Below are positions 23,935 to 32,580 of a stretch of DNA of 42,414 bases, in pieces. The DNA is taken from the IMG/VR virus record IMGVR_UViG_3300029581_000022, positions 1 to 42,414 of that record. The stretch is one strand, 5' to 3'. Position 1 is the stretch's first letter. The number at the start of each line of letters is the position of its first letter. Source of the DNA: a virus. The notes under the pieces were generated by a model. It saw only the letters and a program-made list of their open reading frames with translations. It was not told the DNA's origin and did not search any database. The position numbers and the translations under genes are program-made.

Positions 23935-24834
23935 ATGCCTGCAAAAACTAATACTGTGATGGCCGCTGACATTCAGACCACTGCACGCGAGATCGACTTC
24001 GTGACCCGCTTCGGCCGCAACTGGGAACATCTGCGCGACATTATGGGCGTATCCCGCAAGATTGAGATGCTTCCCAACACGGTGCTGAAGAGCAAGTATG
24101 CACAGGGTACCCTGCAGGACGGAAAAGTTGGCGAGGGCGAGGAGATCCCCTACAGCAAGTATACCGTCAAGACCAAGGACTATGAGAAAATCACCCTCGA
24201 AAAGTGGGCCAAGGGTACGACCGCAGAAGCCATCCTTGAGGATGGTTACGAGAACGCTGTTCAGATGACCGATGAGGAGATGCTGAACGACCTGACCGCC
24301 GATGTGGCCGGACGTTTCTACAAGTACCTCAATACCGGCACACTGAAGGGCACTTCCAAGACCTTTCAGGAAGCAATGGCAATGGCAAAAGGCCGCGTCC
24401 TGAACAAGTTCAAGACCATGCACCGTACTGCTACCGACGTTGTGGCGTTCGTGAATGTTTTGGACGTGTACGAGTACCTGGGAACCAGTGCTGTCATCAA
24501 CGAGCAGAGTGAGTTCGGTTTCAATTACATCAAAAACTTCATGGGGTATAAGACCGTTTTCCTGCTGGCAGAAACCGAGATTGCACGCGGTAAGGTGATC
24601 GCAACTCCTGCGGACAATATCGTTCTGTATTACGTCAATCCTACCAACTCCGACTGGGCTCGTGCTGGCTTCCGCCTTACCACGGACAGCAACACCGGCA
24701 TCGTGGGCGTGAACACCCGCCCCGACTATGGCACCTTTGTCACTGTCATCACTGCGGTCATGGGCATGACCCTGTTTGCCGAATACATCGACGGCATCGC
24801 GGTCGAGACCATTACCCCGGGCGAATCGGTCTGA
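23935..24834 (+). CDS. Major capsid protein
   Basis: 299 aa. Called from its position after the scaffold gene and its strong SD. Confidence 0.8.
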   Translation: MPAKTNTVMAADIQTTAREIDFVTRFGRNWEHLRDIMGVSRKIEMLPNTVLKSKYAQGTLQDGKVGEGEEIPYSKYTVKTKDYEKITLEKWAKGTTAEAILEDGYENAVQMTDEEMLNDLTADVAGRFYKYLNTGTLKGTSKTFQEAMAMAKGRVLNKFKTMHRTATDVVAFVNVLDVYEYLGTSAVINEQSEFGFNYIKNFMGYKTVFLLAETEIARGKVIATPADNIVLYYVNPTNSDWARAGFRLTTDSNTGIVGVNTRPDYGTFVTVITAVMGMTLFAEYIDGIAVETITPGESV

Positions 24835-24855
24835 TCTGCAAGGGGGTGACTTTGT

Positions 24856-25266
24856 ATGACCGTCCCTGAGCTGTGCGTTTACACGCACAATTTTTTTGAC
24901 CGGGCGGACGACCCCATTGCCGGGGAGTTTGCCTTTGAGCCGGACACCGTGCCCGCCGGGGTAGTCCCGGGGCAGTACTTCCTTGTGTGCGGCTCCATCT
25001 TCAACGATGGCGTGCACAAGGCCGGGGACGGCGATATGACCGCCGAGACGTTCGCCGGGACGGTGCAGCCCATGCGGGTGCCGCCTGCCTTTGTGGCGCT
25101 GGCTGAAAAAATCGACGCATACGATAAGGCGCTGCCGTCCGGCGGAGTGTATGTGTCCCAGTCCTTTGCCGGGTGGTCCGGCACGATGGCTACAGGCGCG
25201 GACGGGCTGCCCGCTGACGGTAAGGCCCGCTACAAATCCGAGATCAACCAGTGGAGGAAGATGTGA
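24856..25266 (+). CDS. Head-tail connector / DNA-packaging adaptor (gp6-like position)
   Basis: 136 aa, first gene after MCP. Assigned by synteny only. Confidence 0.4.
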   Translation: MTVPELCVYTHNFFDRADDPIAGEFAFEPDTVPAGVVPGQYFLVCGSIFNDGVHKAGDGDMTAETFAGTVQPMRVPPAFVALAEKIDAYDKALPSGGVYVSQSFAGWSGTMATGADGLPADGKARYKSEINQWRKM

Positions 25267-25267
25267 C

Positions 25268-25636
25268 ATGGTCAATCCGTTCACTGCATCCACCGTGATG
25301 CAGAGCTTTACCAAAAAATTCTGCTTCCAGACCCGCAGCTATGAGCCGGATGGCGTCGGCGGCTTTGTGTCCGGCTGGACGGACGGCCCGGAATTTGAGG
25401 CCGTAGAGCGCCACGACACCACCGTGGAGGCTCAGGTTGCAGAGCAGGCGGCTACAGCGTCCACCTATACGCTGCTGGTCAACACCGGTGTGCCTCTGGC
25501 TTTCCCGGACTACATCAAGCGGGTGAGCGACGGGCAGACCTTTCAGGTGACGAGTGCAGCCGATGAGGGCAACGCCCCGGCAGAATCCGGCATGGGCCTG
25601 CGGGCCGTGAAGTGCAAAAAGGCGGTGCTGCCGTGA
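25268..25636 (+). CDS. Head closure / head-tail adaptor protein
   Basis: 122 aa from the internal ATG (MVNPFTAST...). Assigned by synteny and size. Confidence 0.45.
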   Translation: MVNPFTASTVMQSFTKKFCFQTRSYEPDGVGGFVSGWTDGPEFEAVERHDTTVEAQVAEQAATASTYTLLVNTGVPLAFPDYIKRVSDGQTFQVTSAADEGNAPAESGMGLRAVKCKKAVLP

Positions 25637-26013
25637 TGGGGCCGTCTGAGAGCATCAACCGGGCGCTGAACACGTTTTTCAACGGGTTTGGCATCCCGGG
25701 CTATCTGGAAGACAACATTCCACCCAGCGCAACACTGCCGTATCTGACCTATCAGCCGACAATTCCCGGAGGCTGGAATGAGTCCGGCACCTTCCACGCC
25801 CGGCTTTGGTACCCGAGTGCCAAAGGCCGGACGCCTATTTTACAGACCGAAGACAAGATAAGCGCAGCCCTTGCAGATAGCTTGACCATCGAATGCGAGG
25901 GCGGCGCTATTCTTTTGCGCACAGGCAGCCCGTGGGCGCAGCCGCTCGACAACCCGCCCGAGGGCTATCTGTGCGAATACCTCAACTTTGAGCTTACACG
26001 GCTTATCCCGTGA
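25636..26013 (+). CDS. Tail completion / neck protein
   Basis: 125 aa (MGPSESINRAL...), ATGA-type overlap. Assigned by synteny only. Confidence 0.4.
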   Translation: MGPSESINRALNTFFNGFGIPGYLEDNIPPSATLPYLTYQPTIPGGWNESGTFHARLWYPSAKGRTPILQTEDKISAALADSLTIECEGGAILLRTGSPWAQPLDNPPEGYLCEYLNFELTRLIP

Positions 26014-26026
26014 GAAAGGATCCTTT

Positions 26027-26623
26027 ATGCCTGAAACTCTGGCAAAAAAGTTCGCGGTCAATGTGCTGACCCCGGATGCGTTCAAGAGCATCCCGAAAGG
26101 CTCCGGCAATCTGCTTTCCACATTTGATCTTTCCGCTCCCAAAATCGACAGCACCAATGTCGCATGTGCCACGCAGGGCGGCGTGACCATCTCCTACAGC
26201 AACAGCATGGAGGATACGCTGGCCGACATCGACAACGCACCCACAAACACCAAGCAGGGCAATGAGGTCACCGGAACCACCGCCACCATCGCCTTTACCA
26301 CCCCCAACGCAAGCCCCGACGTGCTCAAGCTGGCTATCGGCACGGCTGACATCGATGCAGACGACCCCACCCATGTGGTCCCCCGCATCGAGGCTGCCCT
26401 GAAGGACTACAGGGAGCTGTACTGGGTTGGCCCTATGATCGGCGGCGGCTTTCTGGTTTGCAAAATTTTCAACGCCCTTTCTTCCGGCGGCCTGAGCCTC
26501 AAGACAGCTCACCGCGGCGGCGGCTCCATGCAGATCACTCTCACCGGCTACGCCGACCTGGAAAATCCCACTCAGGCCCCCATGGAATTTTACTCGATCG
26601 TCAAGGCCCCGACCGGGGACTAA
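26027..26623 (+). CDS. Major tail protein
   Basis: 198 aa, Thr/Ser/Gly-rich and beta-rich. It lies immediately upstream of the chaperone pair and the tape measure gene. Confidence 0.65.
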   Translation: MPETLAKKFAVNVLTPDAFKSIPKGSGNLLSTFDLSAPKIDSTNVACATQGGVTISYSNSMEDTLADIDNAPTNTKQGNEVTGTTATIAFTTPNASPDVLKLAIGTADIDADDPTHVVPRIEAALKDYRELYWVGPMIGGGFLVCKIFNALSSGGLSLKTAHRGGGSMQITLTGYADLENPTQAPMEFYSIVKAPTGD

Positions 26624-26632
26624 GGAGGACAT

Positions 26633-26998
26633 ATGCGCAATATCATCGATCTCGACGGCACCGAATACCTCAAGCGCACCTATGAGTGTGCGCAGGCTTA
26701 TAAAAAGTACGTGGCAGACTCCGGCGTGATGGACATTCTGGGCCGCGAGCCGGAGCTGACCGGCACAGAGACGGACGCAGAGCGGCTGGAAAAGCGCCGG
26801 GCGCAGGCTAACAAAAACGCCGTGGACATGACCAAGCTGCTTTACACGGACAAGGCAGACCTCACCCTCGGCATCCTGCCCCTGTTCGTGGTGCTGGACA
26901 AAGACGAGGAGCAGCCGCCTACCCGGGTGCTGGCCTCTGCCATGAGCCGGGCGCTCCGGGACGTGGATTTCATGGATTTTTTTCAGTCCTTGATGTGA
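26633..26998 (+). CDS. Tail assembly chaperone (G-like)
   Basis: 121 aa, acidic, upstream of TMP. It ends just after a T7 slippery run. Confidence 0.7.
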   Translation: MRNIIDLDGTEYLKRTYECAQAYKKYVADSGVMDILGREPELTGTETDAERLEKRRAQANKNAVDMTKLLYTDKADLTLGILPLFVVLDKDEEQPPTRVLASAMSRALRDVDFMDFFQSLM

Positions 26999-27306
26999 TC
27001 GGCGCGGACGGCTACCGGCGGCTGGTATCCACCATCCGGCTGGATATGCTCCGGCTGCTGGGCAAGCCGTACATCATGGAGCATATCCGCGCCGAGGCGC
27101 GCAGGCATCAGGAGGCGCAGCTTTTCCGGGACTATGTGGCCGACGCCATCGGGCAGTATCTCGGCATCCAGCCCCTTTACTCCGGGCTTGCATCCAAGCA
27201 TTTCCCCCTGCTGCACACCAAAGAAGACACCCGCACGGCGGAGCAGATCACCGCCGAAAACGCAAAGGCCCTTGCAGAGCTGTGCGGAGGAGGTGAAACG
27301 CCCTGA
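26633..27306 (+). CDS. Tail assembly chaperone G-T fusion via -1 programmed frameshift
   Basis: Slippery T TTT TTT at 26977-26983. The -1 frame is open from there into track ORF 26995-27306, which ends just before TMP. Confidence 0.6.
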
Positions 27307-27371
27307 ATATCTTTAATCTGGAGGCGACTCTGTCGCTGGATGATTCCGCTTACCGGCAGAGCATCCAAAGC

Positions 27372-30245
27372 GTGCAGAACAGCACCAAAAAAGCTGTCAC
27401 GGAGCTGGGCTCCGAGTACAGCAAGGCAGCGCAGAAAGTCGCCGAACTGACAAAGCGGTACAACGAATCGGCTGAAAAGACCGGGCACACCTCTGTGCAG
27501 ACCAAGGAGCTGAAAGCTGCTCTGGCCTCTGCCCGGGCTGAACTGAAAGAGACCACCTCCGCCCTGAAATCCGCAAACAACGGCATGGAGAGCTTTGCCA
27601 ACTCCACGGATAAGGCATCCGGTAAGTCTCTGGCCGGTGCTATTGCACAAGGCACGGTCATGGCGGGCGTTTTCTCGAAGCTTTACTCCGCTGCACTCAG
27701 TGCCGCAGAGGGGCTCATCTCTTCCGGTATCCAGTATAACGCCCAGCTGGAAAGCTACACCACCGGCTTTACCAACATGCTGGGCAGCGCTGAGGCGGCC
27801 AAAGCGGCCATGGACGCCATTCAGGAGGACGCCGCCCGCACCCCCTTTGATGTGGCGAGCTTGACACAGGCCAATCAGCTGCTCATCAGCGCCGGTGAAA
27901 ATGCAGGTTACTCCCGCAAGGTCATCATGGCGCTGGGCGACGCTGTTTCGGCTACAGGTGGCGGCAATGCAGAGCTGTCCCGCATGTCGGCAAACCTGCA
28001 GCAGATCGCCAACGTGGGCAAGGCGTCCGCCATCGACATCAAGCAGTTTGCCTATGCAGGTATCAACGTCTATCAGGTCCTGGCCGACTACACCGGAAAA
28101 TCGGTGCAGGAAGTCCAGAAGATGACCATCAGCTATGATACTCTGTCTCAGGCCCTTATCGCGGCCAGCGAAGAGGGCGGACGATATTACAACGCCATGG
28201 ACACCCAAAGCCAGACCATGAATGGCCGGGTATCCACGTTGAAAGATAACGTGAGCCAGCTGGCGGGTCTTATGACCGGCAATTTGTCTGAGGCTGTCAG
28301 TACGGTCATATCAAAGCTCAATGACATGACCGTTGCCGCTATTGAAGCCTATAAGCAAGATGGCTGGTGGGGAATGGCCGGAGCAGCACTTTCTGTTATC
28401 GAGCCGATCAATGAAGTGGGGCAAGCACTTGACGGCGTAAAAGAAAAAGCCAACGCTGCACTTACGCATATTACCTATCTAATCAATTCCTTGACCGTCC
28501 CCAACTTTGCGTATAGCAGCGAAGAAGAGTATGCCGCAGCGTTGGAAACCAACGAACGCCGAAGCGAAGGAAGCCGAGAAACCGAGAGGGAACGCAGGCT
28601 ATACCTTCACAATCAGCGAGTGGCTCAAGCTCAGGCAGCTGCTGCCGCTGCGGCAAGCTCTATCACTGGAGGCGGCAGCGGTGGGAGCTCTTCCGGTGGA
28701 AAGTCTGGCTCAAGGTCCACCACCGAAACGGTCATTTCGTCTATCTCAAGAACGGCTACAACTACCGCTCAGAACGCCCTCGGCACCGTGACCACCAGCA
28801 TCCAGACTCTGAGCGAAAAGGTCAAGGACAGCGCGGGCAGCATCAAAGACCGCATCACCGAGACCACCACCGAGACCGGCAAGGAGATGGTCAACGGCAT
28901 CGAGACCACCTATAAACAGGTGGAGACCAAGGTCAACGGCGTGGTGACTAAAACCACAAAGACGTACGACGATATGTCGAAAACGCTGGCAGCCACCCTG
29001 ACCCGCACCACCAGCAAGGTAGAGGGCGGCGTGACAACGGCGATCCAGGAGGTCACCAAAAAATACGCCGACGGCTCCGAGCACATCGAAAAGACTGAGA
29101 CCATCACCGAAGAAAACATCGTCGATGGAGTGGCCCAGACCACTAAAACCATCAACACCTATATCGACGGTGTGCTCCAGAATACCAAGGTTGACACCGA
29201 AGAGGCTGAAAAAAGCATCCAGGCTGCGCTTTCCCGCACCGAAAAGTATATCTCCGAGATTCAGGGGCAGTCTGACAAAGGCATTTTCGGGCTGGTGAAG
29301 TCTCTCTTTACTGACATCAAAAACAAAGACGGCAAGGCCATCGCCGGGGATGTGGTAAAGGTCATTTTCGGACAGGTGACGCAAGAGCAGCGAAACACCA
29401 TTCTGAAATGGGCAGACGATGCAATGACCGCCATCAATGAGCACTACGCGCAGGGCGGCATTCAGGGGGCGCTGCAGAGCATTGCAGGCCTTTTCAGCAA
29501 CGGCATCACCCCAGCGGTCAACGGCTCCACCAAAGAAGTGCAGAGCTTTGCCGCCGCCATGAAGGGCCTTTCCGGCACCGGAGGCTCTGGCGGCATCGTC
29601 AGCAGCATCCTCAAGCTGTTCGGCGGCGGTACAAAGGCTGCGGCGGCTGCCGGTGAAGCCGGGGCCGGGCAGGCCATCGCGTCCGCAGCGGGCGGAGCAG
29701 CATCTTTCTTCCCGGAGTGCCTTGCTGTGCTGGCCGTCATCGCAGAGGGCGTTGTGGGCTTCAAGATGGGCCAGAACGCCCGCGCCCGCGAGGATTCTGG
29801 CGAAGAGCGCTCTCTGGGAAGCAAGCTCCTCTCCGGCGCACTTCTGGCGGCCACCGGCCCTGTCGGCTGGCTCAGCTACTTCTTCGGTAAAAAGTTTGGC
29901 AAAAAGTCCTCGTCCTCGTCTGCTGCAGCAGAAAGCGCCCCGTCTGGCGCCATGAGCTATCTGGACATTCAGGACGCCTACTGGTACGGCAACGAGCGGG
30001 CTTTTGCGGGCTACGACTACCGCAGCGACCCCTTTACCTACAACCCCAACAACAATTCCGTTCCCAAATATCAGGCGGAGATACAGGCCCAGCTTGCAAA
30101 GCTGAGCACCGTAGTGGAGCAGTATCTGCCCGACGTGGCAAATCAGCAGATCGTGCTGGATGACGGCACCATTGTGGGTGCTCTCGCCCCCGGCATGAAC
30201 GACCAGCTGGGCCATATCCAGATGCTTGCAGAAAGGGGAAACTGA
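27372..30245 (+). CDS. Tape measure protein
   Basis: 957 aa, with long helical and Gly-rich hydrophobic segments. The frame is open from 27297. GGAGGAGGTGA (27286-27296) sits 6 nt before a CTG at 27303, so the true start may lie upstream of the GTG at 27372. Confidence 0.85.
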   Translation: MQNSTKKAVTELGSEYSKAAQKVAELTKRYNESAEKTGHTSVQTKELKAALASARAELKETTSALKSANNGMESFANSTDKASGKSLAGAIAQGTVMAGVFSKLYSAALSAAEGLISSGIQYNAQLESYTTGFTNMLGSAEAAKAAMDAIQEDAARTPFDVASLTQANQLLISAGENAGYSRKVIMALGDAVSATGGGNAELSRMSANLQQIANVGKASAIDIKQFAYAGINVYQVLADYTGKSVQEVQKMTISYDTLSQALIAASEEGGRYYNAMDTQSQTMNGRVSTLKDNVSQLAGLMTGNLSEAVSTVISKLNDMTVAAIEAYKQDGWWGMAGAALSVIEPINEVGQALDGVKEKANAALTHITYLINSLTVPNFAYSSEEEYAAALETNERRSEGSRETERERRLYLHNQRVAQAQAAAAAAASSITGGGSGGSSSGGKSGSRSTTETVISSISRTATTTAQNALGTVTTSIQTLSEKVKDSAGSIKDRITETTTETGKEMVNGIETTYKQVETKVNGVVTKTTKTYDDMSKTLAATLTRTTSKVEGGVTTAIQEVTKKYADGSEHIEKTETITEENIVDGVAQTTKTINTYIDGVLQNTKVDTEEAEKSIQAALSRTEKYISEIQGQSDKGIFGLVKSLFTDIKNKDGKAIAGDVVKVIFGQVTQEQRNTILKWADDAMTAINEHYAQGGIQGALQSIAGLFSNGITPAVNGSTKEVQSFAAAMKGLSGTGGSGGIVSSILKLFGGGTKAAAAAGEAGAGQAIASAAGGAASFFPECLAVLAVIAEGVVGFKMGQNARAREDSGEERSLGSKLLSGALLAATGPVGWLSYFFGKKFGKKSSSSSAAAESAPSGAMSYLDIQDAYWYGNERAFAGYDYRSDPFTYNPNNNSVPKYQAEIQAQLAKLSTVVEQYLPDVANQQIVLDDGTIVGALAPGMNDQLGHIQMLAERGN

Positions 30246-30246
30246 G

Positions 30247-32061
30247 ATGTACGAGATTTTTGCGTATCCCTACGGTGACCCCGAAAACAAGCTGATCGTC
30301 TATCAGCCGGGCAACCGGCAGGCTGTGGTGCTGTCGCCCAAGCTTACCCGCGAGGTGAGCAAGGGCGGCAGCCTTACTTTTACCATGCTGCGCACCCACC
30401 CCTGCTACGAATCCATGCAGAAGATGTCCACCGCTGTGGCGGTGCATCAGGACGGCAAGGAGATATGGCGTGGACGGGTGCTCAGCCACGAAGCCGACTG
30501 GCTCAACCGCCGGGTCATCTACTGCGAGGGGGCTCTCAGCTATTTCAATGATAGTTGCATCACTCCCTTCAACTACGAGGGCAAGCTGAAGGATTTTTTG
30601 GAATACCTCATCAAAGCCCACAACTCCCAGATTTCCGGCGGCAATGGCTACGAGGAGCAGACCAGCTACGACAAGATGAAAAAGTTTGAGCTGGGCAGGG
30701 TGACTGCCGCCCTCGGCGACCTTGTGGTGAGCTACGGTGACCGCAACCAGTACGGCGTGGGTGAGGACTACGGAAGCACCTGGGACATCATCAGCAAAAT
30801 GGTGCTCAAGACCTACGGCGGCTACGCTTACTGCACCTATAACTCCACCACCGGCATGAACGTGCTCAACTACTGTGACCAGGCATACGAGGCTGACCGG
30901 CAGACCGCCCAGAACATCGAATATGGCGTGAATCTGCTGGATTTCACCGAAAAGACCGACACCAACGACCTTTTTACCCGCATCTGGCCGATGGGCAACA
31001 AGCACACCGTCGAAGAGACCAAAACCCAGTGGAAATACAAGTTCCTGTGGTTTAAGTGGGGCTCGACTACCGTGACGACCGGCACCCACGAAGAGCGCTA
31101 CGGCATCAACGGCACGAGCCAGAGCGCCGTTGATAAGTACCTCCCGAAAAAAGGCTACAGCTGGAATCGGGAGTACGGGTGGATCCAGAACGACGAGGCC
31201 GTAAAAAAGTTTGGCGTGGTCTCCAAAATCAGGGAGTTTGACACGGACAGCAGCGACGCCACCTTTGCCGCTGCGGTGCAGGACCTGGAAAAAAACGACC
31301 TCATGACCATGAGCTATGAGGTCAAGGCTGTTGACCTTGTGGATGCGGGCTATGATACCGAGCGGCTGACCTTTGCCAGCTTTGCCCATATCATCAGCAA
31401 GCCCCACAGCATCGACGTTATCATGCTCTGCACCAAGCTTGTGGAGCCGCTCGACCACCCGGAAAAGAAGGAGTACACCTTTGGCATGACCCGGCGCACC
31501 CTCACTGACCGGGCCGTGGCAAATCTGGGCGTGACCAACGAGCTCTCCGAAAAGACGGCATCCACCAGCAGGTATGCAGGTACAACGCAGATAGACACCA
31601 CGCAGGCGGGCAAAACTGCCAGCGATTTTATCGACTACGCCCCCGCCTCCGGTATGACAGTGGGCCACGCCAGCATCACGGCCAACATCCATTTCGGGAC
31701 GGACGGTCTGACCTTCTCCGGCGTAAAAAACGGCACCGAGCTGCAAAGCTGGTCGGGCTCCACCTTTGCGGCCCAGACCACGAGCACAGACCTCTCCGGC
31801 TATGCGGCGGTGCTGCTCACCTACGACGGAGACGCCGCAGCGTGGGCTTCCGCCGGGGGCAGTGGCCGAGCCTTTGCAGTGCTGCCGGTGAACGGCAAGA
31901 CCTACTCCATCCTCTTCCCCGGCGCTCTGGCCCAGCGGCGGGACGTCACGGCGTCCAAAAGCGGCGTGACCTTTGGCAGCGGATACCGACAGACGGCGGC
32001 AGGCGCATGGGTGCAGGATGATACTGCCTGCCGCCCTGAGGCGCTGCAGGGCTTTATGTAA
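30247..32061 (+). CDS. Tail-tip protein (Tal / prophage-tail N-terminal-region-like)
   Basis: N-terminus MYEIFAYPYG...KLTREVSKGGSLTFTM...GKEIWRGRVL and STWDIISKMV..YGGY resemble the phage minor structural protein N-terminal region. Confidence 0.55.
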   Translation: MYEIFAYPYGDPENKLIVYQPGNRQAVVLSPKLTREVSKGGSLTFTMLRTHPCYESMQKMSTAVAVHQDGKEIWRGRVLSHEADWLNRRVIYCEGALSYFNDSCITPFNYEGKLKDFLEYLIKAHNSQISGGNGYEEQTSYDKMKKFELGRVTAALGDLVVSYGDRNQYGVGEDYGSTWDIISKMVLKTYGGYAYCTYNSTTGMNVLNYCDQAYEADRQTAQNIEYGVNLLDFTEKTDTNDLFTRIWPMGNKHTVEETKTQWKYKFLWFKWGSTTVTTGTHEERYGINGTSQSAVDKYLPKKGYSWNREYGWIQNDEAVKKFGVVSKIREFDTDSSDATFAAAVQDLEKNDLMTMSYEVKAVDLVDAGYDTERLTFASFAHIISKPHSIDVIMLCTKLVEPLDHPEKKEYTFGMTRRTLTDRAVANLGVTNELSEKTASTSRYAGTTQIDTTQAGKTASDFIDYAPASGMTVGHASITANIHFGTDGLTFSGVKNGTELQSWSGSTFAAQTTSTDLSGYAAVLLTYDGDAAAWASAGGSGRAFAVLPVNGKTYSILFPGALAQRRDVTASKSGVTFGSGYRQTAAGAWVQDDTACRPEALQGFM

Positions 32062-32076
32062 AGGAGCGTGATTTTT

Positions 32077-32580
32077 ATGGGCAAGCTCATGGGGGCAAAA
32101 ATCGGCTCTCTGCACACCTTGGACGACCTCGGCCTTTACCTGTTGGTTGGCAGCCCGCTCATCTCCGGGGCTGAGCCGGACAAAAAGCTTGTGCAAGTGC
32201 CGGGCGGCGATTTCTTGCTCGACCTCACCCGGGCTGTGGACGGCAAGGTACACTACCTCCAGCGCACTATTCGGCTTGACCTTAAATGTAAGGCTCCGTC
32301 AGATGAGCGCCGCAAGGTGCAGAGCATCCTCGAAAACGCCTTGCAGGGGCAGTGGCTGCGCTGCGTACTGGACGAGGACCCGGCCAACTTCTGGGTGGGC
32401 CTGTGGACAGTGTCGCCCCAGAGCAGAGACCGGCATACCGGCACATTTTCCATCACCGGCACCTGCAATCCCTACAAGTACAATGCCACCGCCTACGCGG
32501 GCGCAGACTGGCTGTGGGACGATTTTTATTTTGATGAGGACGTCATCTATGACGAGCCTACGGAGGTAAAGAGCCTGTGA
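32077..32580 (+). CDS. Distal tail protein (Dit / Sipho_tail-like)
   Basis: SLHTLDDLGLYLL..VQVPGGDFLLD..YLQRTIRLDLKC...FSITGTCNPYKY fits the Dit pattern. ATG 32077 lies 10 nt after AAGGAG. Confidence 0.45.
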   Translation: MGKLMGAKIGSLHTLDDLGLYLLVGSPLISGAEPDKKLVQVPGGDFLLDLTRAVDGKVHYLQRTIRLDLKCKAPSDERRKVQSILENALQGQWLRCVLDEDPANFWVGLWTVSPQSRDRHTGTFSITGTCNPYKYNATAYAGADWLWDDFYFDEDVIYDEPTEVKSL

